Origin: a virus
Taxonomy: Duplodnaviria > Caudoviricetes
Length of the DNA: 64,000 nt
Reading direction: 5' to 3' (one strand)
Virus record (IMG/VR): IMGVR_UViG_2756170246_000001
Coordinates: 4,509-68,508 of that record
Numbering within the stretch: the stretch's first letter is position 1; each line of letters opens with the position of its first letter. A program made the position numbers and the translations under genes. A model generated the notes under the pieces. The model was not told where the DNA came from and ran no database searches. It saw only the letters and a list, made by a program, of their open reading frames with translations. Of the stretch, positions 17,819 to 26,618 are shown piece by piece.

Positions 17819-18228
17819 CGCGCCACCATTCTCGCGGAAAGCACCGTGCTGCCCGCATAGGTGCCTGTCGACACCACCTTGAGCCGCATGCGGTCGGTGA
17901 TGAGGCCGTCGACGGCGGTGTCGTCGGCCAGTGCGCCGTCGGTTGGCGTCACCTGTGTCGTCTTCGGTGTCAGCGCGGAGAGGTTGAGCAGCGCGACCTC
18001 GGATGCGGTGCCGAACAGGACGCAGGCGACGTCGTACCAGGTCGTGGCCTGATCGGCGGAACATTGCACATAGGCGCGGATCGTGCTGCCACCGGAGCCA
18101 TAGGCGAGCCGCAGCTGCAGCAACGCGGACTGCATGCCGTCGAGTTCGATGATGGCATCACCGATCAAGGTCTGCGCCGTGGTGATCGTGAGATCGCCAA
18201 GGTTGAACGTACCCGGGTTATCCATCAT
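17815..18228 (-). CDS. Hypothetical virion protein
   Basis: MMDNPGTFNLGDL...; ATGA overlap; beta-rich. Confidence 0.65.
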   Translation of the reverse strand: MMDNPGTFNLGDLTITTAQTLIGDAIIELDGMQSALLQLRLAYGSGGSTIRAYVQCSADQATTWYDVACVLFGTASEVALLNLSALTPKTTQVTPTDGALADDTAVDGLITDRMRLKVVSTGTYAGSTVLSARMVAR

Positions 18229-18887
18229 GCCCCCATCGTGTTGCGGAAACGGGTGAGCTGGCCGGCGACGACGTCGGGGACCGGCCCCTCGGTCGATTGC
18301 CCGGGCACGGAACCCACCCAATAGGTTTGCTCGACGCGCCGGACATCCGGAATGAGAACGACCTCGGATTTCAGAGAGGGATCACGTTTCCGCTCGAACC
18401 AGAGCAGTCGCATGAAGTCCGTCGCGGCCTGCTTCAGATCCTCGGGGATCGTGGCGAAGCCGGCGGCGTAGGTGACCACGATCTTCCTGGCGATCCACAC
18501 CGTCGGCTGGTCGATGCGCAGTCTGGATACCAGCCCCGATTCCGGATCGACGAGATAATCGGTGTCGACCACGGTTTCGGTATCTTCGACAAGGCTCGCG
18601 ATCTCGACGTCATGCCGGCGCGCCAGGATCAGCGCGTCGGGGAAGTCGTAGAACCCGAAATCCTGCCGGAAGGTCTGCGTCACGGTTTCGCGATGCAACG
18701 TTGGTGGCGATCCCGCGCCGATGGCGATGCCACACTCCGACATGATCGCGGCGGCGACGCGCCTTTCCATAGAGCGAAGCGTGGCGTCCTGACCGTTGCC
18801 GGTGACATTGGTGGCGGCGCGCATCTCGTCGAGCGTCAGCAGCGTCAGATCCGTCGCCGGCGTCGTGATGGTCAGGAGGGATTTCAT
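18225..18887 (-). CDS. Head-tail connector (gp6/gp15-like adaptor)
   Basis: LLTLDEMRAA...I..ECG and VVTYAAGFATIPEDLKQAA motifs. Confidence 0.82.
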   Translation of the reverse strand: MKSLLTITTPATDLTLLTLDEMRAATNVTGNGQDATLRSMERRVAAAIMSECGIAIGAGSPPTLHRETVTQTFRQDFGFYDFPDALILARRHDVEIASLVEDTETVVDTDYLVDPESGLVSRLRIDQPTVWIARKIVVTYAAGFATIPEDLKQAATDFMRLLWFERKRDPSLKSEVVLIPDVRRVEQTYWVGSVPGQSTEGPVPDVVAGQLTRFRNTMGA

Positions 18888-19681
18888 CAGTCGCTCGGGC
18901 TGGTTGAGGCGTTGGTGAGAGAGCCGGTCGGCGTGAAAGCGCCGCCTGTTCCTTTGTTGGTCGCGAAACTGCTGGCATCCCCCGAAAAGAAGATCGCCGG
19001 TGCTGTTCCAGTCGGTATAGAACCATCGCTGCCAAGAAAGACCGGCTTGCCGTCAGCCTCCACAAATTTGGCGATTTTCGCCGGGTCGGTAAGGTCCAGG
19101 TACTGCCCCGGTGCGAAATAGAAATCCACGACGTCACCCTTCGGGATGTACCCGTCAGCGGCGTTTCCGAACGCCGTGAATATGCCGCTATAGTCGACAT
19201 CGAAAGCGTCGTGGGCGTCGTTCACGGTCAGGACTGAATGGTCTATCAGCGCGCCATTAACCGCACATTCGAATAGCTTTTGCCCGGCTGGAAAATTCGT
19301 ATCCCATGCGATAAGCAGATTCATCCACCCAGAGAGCGGGTACAAGAATGATGTGTTCGGGAAGAAACTGAACTGGTTGGTGAAGTCGGCGTCATTGAGG
19401 TTCAGGATCATGTCCTGCGCCACGAGATTGGGGTCGAAGGGCCAATCCAGTTCGAAGTTGTATCCGGCATTCGTCGCCAGAAAACGGAAATCACTCCCGG
19501 TCTCAGCCGTCTTCCACCAAACAGATAATATGCCTCTGCTTGGCGTCGAAATTCCAGCCAAGGGAGCGCTGCTGACCAGTTGGGCCGAGCCATCGAAATG
19601 CACAGCCTGCGCCACATATGGCGCACCACCCCCGCCCGCACCGATATTCGCCGCGCTGGCGATGGCGCCGGGACCGCGCAT
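18887..19681 (-). CDS. LamG/concanavalin-like domain protein (head fibre/decoration candidate)
   Basis: AVHFDGS, ILSVWWK, W.NLLIAWD, VVDFYF pattern; lower GC than neighbours. Confidence 0.55.
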   Translation of the reverse strand: MRGPGAIASAANIGAGGGGAPYVAQAVHFDGSAQLVSSAPLAGISTPSRGILSVWWKTAETGSDFRFLATNAGYNFELDWPFDPNLVAQDMILNLNDADFTNQFSFFPNTSFLYPLSGWMNLLIAWDTNFPAGQKLFECAVNGALIDHSVLTVNDAHDAFDVDYSGIFTAFGNAADGYIPKGDVVDFYFAPGQYLDLTDPAKIAKFVEADGKPVFLGSDGSIPTGTAPAIFFSGDASSFATNKGTGGAFTPTGSLTNASTSPSD

Positions 19682-20110
19682 TTAGGCGGCGACCTGGTAG
19701 CCGGAACAATGCCAATGGTTGGCACCGACGCGGACGAGATACAGCACCGCGAATTGCTTCGCGGTCACCAAAGTTTCAGCCGTATCGACGGTGACCCCGG
19801 CGGCAAACAGGATGGTCACCGCCCCGGCACCGGCCTGCTCGACCTCGAATGCATTCGGAGCGCCGTCCTCGAAACTGCCATCTGCATCCGTCGGGATGAC
19901 GACCGAACTGGCGCCGTCGTTCATCATGCGGATGCGGGCACCTCCATCGGAGATCCGCACCTTCCGCGAGGTACCCTCATGCTCGATGATGCGGACACGG
20001 TTGGAGAGGTCGCGCAGCTGGACGAGGATCTTCACGCCGTTCTTGATCACCTCGACCAGTTCGGAGCCATCAAGACCGGCCATCGTTACCTCCAATGCTC
20101 CGAAATCCAT
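19682..20110 (-). CDS. Fibre/decoration-like protein
   Basis: C-terminal EQAGAGAVTI..AAGVTV...AKQFAVLYLVRVGANHWHCSG resembles phage fibre terminal modules. Confidence 0.55.
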   Translation of the reverse strand: MDFGALEVTMAGLDGSELVEVIKNGVKILVQLRDLSNRVRIIEHEGTSRKVRISDGGARIRMMNDGASSVVIPTDADGSFEDGAPNAFEVEQAGAGAVTILFAAGVTVDTAETLVTAKQFAVLYLVRVGANHWHCSGYQVAA

Positions 20111-20697
20111 GGCTCATCGAGTTCATCCATCTTTGGCCGGCCGTGGAAGTAAACGATCCGGGTGGCGCCGAGTCCGTGATCACGGACGCAGCCCTTGTAT
20201 GACTCGGCCTGGCCCGGAAAGACGTCGTCGATGAAGACGTGCGGCTGTTTCCGCATGTGCTCCATGTCGTCGCCGCCTTGATAGGACCACCAGACGCCGT
20301 CGTTGCCAGCCGGGACCAACTGGACCCCGGTGCAGGCGCGGTGAGGCGCATAGGGGTCGCGCGGCAGCGCAATGGTGTCCGAGGTCAGCGCGTACTCCGC
20401 CATGGCATCACAGTTGCCGGTGACCACGGTATCGAGGCCGACCAGGATCATCGGTTCGCCGAGGAGGTAAGGATCGATCAGGGTGCCGTAATCAGGGATT
20501 CTCTCCCCTGTCAGCTCCTGCTCGATGCCGGCCGAGAACTCGCGCTGCCGTTCGGTGAAGCAGACGAAGCGAAACGGCACCGTCAGATTGCGGGTGAAAC
20601 CGCGATGGAGCCGCTCCACCCACTCCTCGGTGTAGCACCGGCTGAATTCGAACGACGCCTCGTTGGCGTCCCAGAAGACACAGGCGACGGTCAGCAT
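20086..20697 (-). CDS. Putative glycosyltransferase (GT-A fold, GT8-like)
   Basis: MLTVACVFW...Y..EWVERL.RG..RNLTVPFRFVCFTE; LVGLDTVVTG (DxD-like position); C-terminal IVYFHGRPK. Confidence 0.7.
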   Translation of the reverse strand: MLTVACVFWDANEASFEFSRCYTEEWVERLHRGFTRNLTVPFRFVCFTERQREFSAGIEQELTGERIPDYGTLIDPYLLGEPMILVGLDTVVTGNCDAMAEYALTSDTIALPRDPYAPHRACTGVQLVPAGNDGVWWSYQGGDDMEHMRKQPHVFIDDVFPGQAESYKGCVRDHGLGATRIVYFHGRPKMDELDEPWISEHWR

Positions 20698-20702
20698 GTG
20701 GC

Positions 20703-20951
20703 TTACATGCCCCTCAGTATCTCGTTGAAAGCGACACGTGCCGACGAGATCACAACTGCTTGCCGATTGGCCGCAACCTGTGCCGCTATTTCGCTGTCGA
20801 CGACACCGCCGGCATCCCACCAAACCTGTTCTGCATAGGCCTCCGAGACGAAGCCACCGCAAGATTTCCGCGCGGCAAGATCCCAGCACGCTTGTCTAAT
20901 CTCGGACTCACTGGCGTTGACGGGGTTCCAGTCCTTGACCCGTTTCTTCAT
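20703..20951 (-). CDS. Hypothetical protein
   Basis: 82-aa ORF filling the gap, ATGA-type coupling to the acyltransferase gene. Confidence 0.55.
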   Translation of the reverse strand: MKKRVKDWNPVNASESEIRQACWDLAARKSCGGFVSEAYAEQVWWDAGGVVDSEIAAQVAANRQAVVISSARVAFNEILRGM

Positions 20952-21466
20952 TTACAGAGCCTCATCCGCCGCGACCGGTAGCCATCCGGGAAAGCACCGG
21001 TCCAGCCATTGCGCCGCCAGACCATGTTCGGCGGCACGTTCTTAGTCACCACCGCGCCGGCGGCGACAAAGGCGCCGGCCCCGATGATGACGCCCGGCAA
21101 GATGGTCGCATTGGCGCCGATCGAGGCCCCATCCTCGACGCGGATCGTGCAGCCGGCGGCGATCACCTCGTGATCGATCCCGTCCTTGGTGGCATCCGGC
21201 CACATGTCGTTGCAGAATACCGCGCCAGGCCCGACGAAAACACTGTCGCCGATATCGACACCATGCGGGATCGAGACACCGTTCTGGATGTGGCAGTCGT
21301 TGCCGATCGAGGCGCCATCGATCTGCGCGCTGGCGCCGATGATGCAATCCTTGCCGATGCGTGCACCGCGGATCACGCTGGCGAACTGCCAGATCTTGGT
21401 GCCTTCACCGATTTCGACTATGGAAGCATCGATATGCGCCAGCGGGTGGATCATGCCGGCATCCAT
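20948..21466 (-). CDS. Hexapeptide-repeat (left-handed beta-helix) acetyltransferase, WbpD/WxcM-like
   Basis: IHPLAHID...IGEGTKIWQFASVIRGARIGKDCIIG...IGDSVFVGPGAVFCND...GASIGANATILPGVIIG..AFVAAGAVVTKNVP. Confidence 0.9.
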   Translation of the reverse strand: MDAGMIHPLAHIDASIVEIGEGTKIWQFASVIRGARIGKDCIIGASAQIDGASIGNDCHIQNGVSIPHGVDIGDSVFVGPGAVFCNDMWPDATKDGIDHEVIAAGCTIRVEDGASIGANATILPGVIIGAGAFVAAGAVVTKNVPPNMVWRRNGWTGAFPDGYRSRRMRLCK

Positions 21467-22239
21467 TCCATGGGCCTGTAGAGCACCAGGTCGTTGCCGT
21501 CGGCGGCACCCCAGAAGCGTTCGGGCCGCCCCGTCCAGACCACGACCTTCTCGCGGTAGGGATAGTCGGTCTCGCGCGACCGGATCGGCGAGCCGTCATA
21601 CGGTGCCTCACCCATCGGCCGCCAGGTCAGACAATCTTCCAGCGACCGGAACGGGAAGCATGGGATCGCGCTGCCCGGCGTCGCGTTGATGATCTCGATA
21701 TCGAGCAGCAGAGCCAGGGCCTGCCAGCCAGGCATGAACTGACCTTCGAAGACAGGCAGATCATTGAGGCTGTTGTAGTCGTTGTGCCCATGGGTGCGGC
21801 CGTCGACGACGCGGCAATCGAACCCCGTCAGGATGAGCCGTGCGGCACCCATGAGCTGCAACAGGCAGGACAGGATGTGTCCGCTGGAGGCCTGCACATG
21901 ATGGGAGAGCCCGCCGATGCGCGCCGTCAGATCATTGATGTCGATGCAGCGGATCCTGTCGCCGAGCCGGTTCTTGGAATGGCGGTTCGCGCAGATGACC
22001 GGACCCGGCCAGCCCTCGATCAGATCGCCATGCTGCTCGCACCAAGAGTTGTCGGTGAAGTAGAGGATATCCTTGGCCGTCGCGATCGGGCGGACCTTGC
22101 GGCACCCGCTGTTGATCGCGGCGAAGCGGTGGCCCTTGAGCAGCGCGAGATCGATTTCCGCGTGAGAGGGACCGCCACCGATGAGAACGACGGTCTGCCC
22201 TTCAAGCGAACGGTCCGGCGCCCAGTATTCCACGCTCAT
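21451..22239 (-). CDS. Nucleotide-sugar transferase-like protein (GT29/Maf-DUF115-like Rossmann fold) with a C-terminal DUF551-like tail
   Basis: VVLIGGGPS...AIN...YFTD..W; SSGH....L..LMGAARLILTGFD; IINATPGSAIPCFP; then WRPMGEAPYDGS. Confidence 0.6.
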   Translation of the reverse strand: MSVEYWAPDRSLEGQTVVLIGGGPSHAEIDLALLKGHRFAAINSGCRKVRPIATAKDILYFTDNSWCEQHGDLIEGWPGPVICANRHSKNRLGDRIRCIDINDLTARIGGLSHHVQASSGHILSCLLQLMGAARLILTGFDCRVVDGRTHGHNDYNSLNDLPVFEGQFMPGWQALALLLDIEIINATPGSAIPCFPFRSLEDCLTWRPMGEAPYDGSPIRSRETDYPYREKVVVWTGRPERFWGAADGNDLVLYRPMEWMPA

Positions 22240-22244
22240 CAGGC

Positions 22245-22646
22245 TTACGAGGCGCGGCGGTTCGCTTCGATCTCGATCGCCTTGATGGCGTCATCCTTGC
22301 TTCGGATCGGCTCGTCGGTCAGCTGGACGGCTAGCGCGCGAAGGTCAACGAACGACAGTTCGGCGACATCGTCCGGGATAACGACCTCGGAGCGGGCCTT
22401 GAGCTTGTCGGCTTCGGCCTGCAGCCTGGCGGCCTCAGCGGCCGCAGCGGCGGCGGCTTCGTCAGCTTCGGTCGATTGCACCTCCGTAACGGATACCGGC
22501 GGAGTGATATCCTCGGCCCAGCCGCGATCGATGTATTTGCGGCCATAGGCCTCGTCGCGGCCGTGGAACTCGAGCTCCTGGCCGATCTTGAATTCCGGCC
22601 GGCCGAGCGGCTTGGCGGTGAACTTGATCTTCATCTTGCGCTCCAT
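22245..22646 (-). CDS. Hypothetical head-associated protein with Rho-N/HeH-like C-terminus
   Basis: LSFVDLRALAVQL...SKDDAIKAI. Confidence 0.6.
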   Translation of the reverse strand: MERKMKIKFTAKPLGRPEFKIGQELEFHGRDEAYGRKYIDRGWAEDITPPVSVTEVQSTEADEAAAAAAAEAARLQAEADKLKARSEVVIPDDVAELSFVDLRALAVQLTDEPIRSKDDAIKAIEIEANRRAS

Positions 22647-22700
22647 TGGGGGAAGTACGGCCCCGGCTCATCGCCGGGGCGCATTGCGGTGGATGTCAGA

Positions 22701-23234
22701 TCAATCGACGATCGCCGATTCCAGGGTCTCTTTCTGGTTCTTCGGGTCGTAGAGCATGTAGAGCACGCAGCCGAGCTGCGCGTTGGTGCCGACATCGCCG
22801 ACCGAGGCGCGGATGCAGTCATAGCCGCCATTGGCGTCGAGCATCTCGGCCTTGACGTCGATCAGCACGATGGCGGCCTGTTCCGCGAGATCGCTGTTGG
22901 TCCAGGTGTTGGTCGAGAAGGTGTCATGCGTCGCCGGCACGTCCGACGTCGATTTCGTGTAGGTGCCGACCGCCAGCAGGTTCGTGGCGGCCTGCTTCTT
23001 GTCGACGCGGGTGATGTTCAGCGCCTTGTTGGTGCCGAAGGCGACGTCGGTGCCCTGCAGGAGGGTAACGGTGGGATCGTCGCCGGCGGTGCCGACAGCC
23101 TTGTAGAGGATGATGAGGCAGCCGCCGTAGCCCTTCAGGCTGACGACGTCGGCGGTGTTGGCGGCAGTGTTCATCGCCACGGGCAGGAAGCCCTGGGCGA
23201 AATTGAACTGCTCCGCAGCGTGCTGGTTGAACAT
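22701..23234 (-). CDS. Capsid decoration/accessory protein (putative)
   Basis: Directly downstream of the capsid gene; beta-rich, 177 aa. Confidence 0.6.
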   Translation of the reverse strand: MFNQHAAEQFNFAQGFLPVAMNTAANTADVVSLKGYGGCLIILYKAVGTAGDDPTVTLLQGTDVAFGTNKALNITRVDKKQAATNLLAVGTYTKSTSDVPATHDTFSTNTWTNSDLAEQAAIVLIDVKAEMLDANGGYDCIRASVGDVGTNAQLGCVLYMLYDPKNQKETLESAIVD

Positions 23235-23288
23235 GTGCTTGGCTTTCTCAGAGTTGTGCGCCGTGGCGGCGCCGTGTTGCGGGGAAAA

Positions 23289-23310
23289 CCGGCCGGATCA
23301 TTCCGGCCGG
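23289..23310 (-). terminator. Intrinsic terminator-like hairpin after the capsid gene
   Basis: CCGGCCGGA-4nt-TCCGGCCGG perfect 9-bp stem followed by TTTT on the minus strand. Confidence 0.6.
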
Positions 23311-23323
23311 CGTTCTGGCGCTA

Positions 23324-24781
23324 TCAGCGCGCCTGCAGGGCGACGGCCCAGGAGAGGTCGTTGCCGCCGTTCTGGCGGGTGATCGTGCTCGACCATGCGG
23401 GCTGACCGTTGACGCGGAAGATGAAGCGGAACGCGGTCAACGCCTGGTCGAAATAGAGATGGATCGAGGTGTCGGACTGGATGCCGCCCGATTTGGTCAG
23501 AGCCCAATACTGGTTGAAATCGGCGAAGATGATGTCGCCGAGATCGCCGATGGCGGAACATGCCTCGATCGGAACAACGGGACGGCCCTTGAGGGTGCCA
23601 TACGCCGACGCCGACAGGCCGCCCGGCGGCAGATAGGCCGGAACCGGATTGGTGCCAGGCAGCAGCGAGGTTGCCCCGCTGGCCTGGAATGCCATGCCGG
23701 CGAGCTGCGGTTCCAAATCCTGGTTGATCAGCCAGACACCATTGCGGCGCCACGGCGCGTACATGCGGGCATGCATGGCCTCGATATTGGCCATCCAGAT
23801 GGTATCGGCCGGCTGCGAAGTCGCCTTCGAAACCTGGATGACCGAAGCGCCGACTGCCGAATAGCCGGGGATGATGCCAAGCGGCTGGCCGACACCGGTG
23901 CCGGCGATGATCGCTGTGTTGAGCTTCGCCGCCATCTTGCCAGGCGCCTTGGCGCGCAGCCAGGATTCCAGACCGGAGGCGTCGGACAGCAGTTCGTCGC
24001 TGATCGGCACCAATGCCATTAGCTTGGAGAGACGCAGGGCACCCATTTCGAAGGCAGGCTTGGAAGCCGACGGCGCCTGGGCTTCACCTTCCCAGTAGAC
24101 CTGGACGCCACCGGAGGTCTGCCAGGGGGTGGTCTCGTCCTTCGGGATCATCATCGAGTTGCCATCGGTGACGAGCGGGGTGCAGCGGTTCAGCAGGTTT
24201 TCTTCCGCCTGCACCTTCTGCCAGATCTCGGTCGAGAACGATGGAGGCACCAGGAAGCCGCCATCGGTACCGACGCCTTCACCGCCATAGGTCGTGGCGA
24301 CGTTGCGCAGCTTGGTGACGCTGTCGTTGTCGATCTGCTTGTAGTGCTGCATGACCGTCTGGGCGAAGGCGCCGAACGACTGGAAGCCGTGTTTCGCGTT
24401 GTCTAGGCGCGGCTGCGCCGGGATGACGGTGCGACCGCCATTGCCGCCGCCGGCACCACGGTTCTGTGGTTCTGCGGTGGAACGACGCCCGGCACCCTGC
24501 GGCGCCAGCGCCTTGCGGGCGTTTATCTGTTTGTCGAGCTTCTCGATTTCGACACGGTTGGTCTCGATCGTGGCGAGATCCTCGTCGGAAAGATCGACCT
24601 CGTCGGTGTCGGCTGCATCGATCAGCGCCTGGGAGGCGTTGAACATCTCGAGACGACGATCCTCGAGCGCGGCGAGCGCCGAGGCGGCATCCATCAGGAT
24701 CGGGCCGAAGTAGGCGGCGCCGACAAACGCGGCGCCGAGGGCGAGCAAGCCACTGCTGGCCCGCACAATGTGCTTGGTCAT
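23324..24781 (-). CDS. HK97-family major capsid protein with N-terminal delta/scaffold region
   Basis: GGFLVPPSFSTEI, VYWEGEAQA, LMALVPISDELLSDA, GDIIFADF...TAFRFIFRVNG motifs; AGGAGA RBS. Confidence 0.93.
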   Translation of the reverse strand: MTKHIVRASSGLLALGAAFVGAAYFGPILMDAASALAALEDRRLEMFNASQALIDAADTDEVDLSDEDLATIETNRVEIEKLDKQINARKALAPQGAGRRSTAEPQNRGAGGGNGGRTVIPAQPRLDNAKHGFQSFGAFAQTVMQHYKQIDNDSVTKLRNVATTYGGEGVGTDGGFLVPPSFSTEIWQKVQAEENLLNRCTPLVTDGNSMMIPKDETTPWQTSGGVQVYWEGEAQAPSASKPAFEMGALRLSKLMALVPISDELLSDASGLESWLRAKAPGKMAAKLNTAIIAGTGVGQPLGIIPGYSAVGASVIQVSKATSQPADTIWMANIEAMHARMYAPWRRNGVWLINQDLEPQLAGMAFQASGATSLLPGTNPVPAYLPPGGLSASAYGTLKGRPVVPIEACSAIGDLGDIIFADFNQYWALTKSGGIQSDTSIHLYFDQALTAFRFIFRVNGQPAWSSTITRQNGGNDLSWAVALQAR

Positions 24782-24874
24782 TACATTCTCCTATCGTTTG
24801 GGGAACAGCGGCTGCGCCGCATTGAAACGCTTGCCCAAGGCGCAATGCGGGCACCACCGGCTTTCGCCGAGGAT

Positions 24875-25555
24875 CTACTTGGCCAGCGCTGCCAGTGCTG
24901 CCACCGCGGCGTTGCGGCGGGGGCGCAGGGCGACGGGAAGATTCTTGAACATGGCGGGCCGCTTCACGGAGGCGGCGACCTTGAGATTGCCGACCATGCG
25001 GTCAGCGAACTTGTTGGCGACAGCATCCTTGCCGCTCATCCAGGTTTCATCCTTCATCCACTTCTTCACCGTCGCGGCGTCATTGCCGGTGCGGGAGACG
25101 TAGACGTCGACGACTGAGCCGTTGGCGGCGTCGAGCAGGCTGGCATAGGACCGCATGTCCTCGGCGCGGCCGTAGCAGCCGCCGGTGCAGTCATGGATCA
25201 TGATGAAGGCGCCCTCGGCGATCTCGATTTCGTCGCCGGCCATCGCGATGAACGACGCCGCAGAAGCCGCCAGCCCATCGACATGCACGATGATCTTGGC
25301 GGCATGGCCGTTCAGCAGCGTGTACATCGCCTTGCCATCGAAGACGTCGCCACCTTCGGAGTTGATCCGGACGTCGATCGTGGTGACGGCGCCAAGCGCC
25401 TTCAGATCGTCGGCGAAGATCTTGGCCGAGATGCCGTCGCCCCAGAAGTCCTGGCCGATCGGGCCGTAGAGGAAGATTTCGCCGCGGCCGCCGCCCCTGT
25501 TGATCATGCGGTAGCCCTCCGGCGTCTTCACGCCGGCGCGATTCTTGACAGGCAT
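24875..25555 (-). CDS. ClpP-type (S14) head maturation protease
   Basis: EIFLYGPIG, VRINSEGGDVFDG, VDGLAASAASFIAMAG, IMIH, DETWMSG.DAV...FAD. Confidence 0.92.
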   Translation of the reverse strand: MPVKNRAGVKTPEGYRMINRGGGRGEIFLYGPIGQDFWGDGISAKIFADDLKALGAVTTIDVRINSEGGDVFDGKAMYTLLNGHAAKIIVHVDGLAASAASFIAMAGDEIEIAEGAFIMIHDCTGGCYGRAEDMRSYASLLDAANGSVVDVYVSRTGNDAATVKKWMKDETWMSGKDAVANKFADRMVGNLKVAASVKRPAMFKNLPVALRPRRNAAVAALAALAK

Positions 25556-25565
25556 GGTGGCTCCC

Positions 25566-26618
25566 TCAGTCGATGGTGAGAAGGCGGTGCTCGACGCCGG
25601 CGGCGTCGACGACGGAGATAAAGCGGAGATTTCCGATATCCTTGGCGGTGAGGCCCGCCGGTTCGGATCCGTCGAACGCGATTGCCGGACCAGCCGGGCC
25701 TGGCTCGCCGGCCTCACCGCGGTCGCCTTTCAGACCGCGAGCGCCGGCGAGGCCTTGAGGTCCTGGTGGGCCGATATCGCCGCGCTCACCAGCTTGGCCG
25801 GCCTCGCCAGGCATACCCTGCGGACCTTGCCGACCTTCGGGTCCAACAACGGTGCCGACGATTTCCTTGCTGCCATCCGTGTAGGTGAGAACGAGGCGGC
25901 TTTCGTCGTCGATCAGGCTCGATACGATGGAACGGCCAGCGATGCCGTCGCGACCGTCACGGCCAGCGTCACCGCGTTCACCGGTGGCGCCGCGCGGACC
26001 TTCTGGACCGATCTCACCGGCGGGGCCGATGGCGCCGGGCTCGCCGCGGGCACCCTCGACACCCTGGGGGCCGGCGTCACCACGCTCGCCACGCGGGCCT
26101 ATCTCGCCGGGCTCACCACGCGGGCCAATGGCGCCATCAATACCGGGGGCGCCCTGTTCGCCGCGAGGACCGGGTTCGCCGCGCTCGCCGACAGGGCCAA
26201 TCTGGCCATGCTCGCCGGAGGGACCGGGCAGCCCATCGTTGCCAGCGGCGCCTTGTGGACCTGCCGGGCCGATATCGCCCTTTGGTCCGGGTAGACCCTG
26301 GTCGCCTTGGCGGCCGTCGATTCCTTGCGGTCCAGCTTCGCCGCGCGGTCCGGGCTCGCCCTGGGCCCCGATTGGACCCACGGCACCCTGTGGACCAGCA
26401 TCACCACGATCGCCGGGGAGACCACGCTCACCCTGCGGACCGACGGCGCCGGCGATACCGGGCAGGCCGTCGCGACCGTCGCGCGGAAGCCGCTGTTCGA
26501 GCGCGACGAGGCGGCCGGCGAGACCCTTCATTCCCGTCCAGATATCGGCGAACGGGTTCGTTTGCGGCTTCTCCGGCGGCGGGGTGATCGCCCGGTTCTG
26601 GATCGGCGCCTTAGACAT
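25566..26618 (-). CDS. Collagen-like (Gly-X-Y) protein
   Basis: About 61 uninterrupted G-X-Y triplets, a short globular spacer (LIDDESRLVLTYTDG), then about 18 more triplets; start overlaps the portal stop. Confidence 0.88.
   Translation of the reverse strand: MSKAPIQNRAITPPPEKPQTNPFADIWTGMKGLAGRLVALEQRLPRDGRDGLPGIAGAVGPQGERGLPGDRGDAGPQGAVGPIGAQGEPGPRGEAGPQGIDGRQGDQGLPGPKGDIGPAGPQGAAGNDGLPGPSGEHGQIGPVGERGEPGPRGEQGAPGIDGAIGPRGEPGEIGPRGERGDAGPQGVEGARGEPGAIGPAGEIGPEGPRGATGERGDAGRDGRDGIAGRSIVSSLIDDESRLVLTYTDGSKEIVGTVVGPEGRQGPQGMPGEAGQAGERGDIGPPGPQGLAGARGLKGDRGEAGEPGPAGPAIAFDGSEPAGLTAKDIGNLRFISVVDAAGVEHRLLTID

Noticed and set aside
20086-22239. O-antigen serotype-conversion (gtrABC-type) reading of the transferase cassette
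   Set aside because: No membrane flippase or polytopic transferase, and the genes are inside the late operon rather than near att; kept only as an alternative hypothesis.
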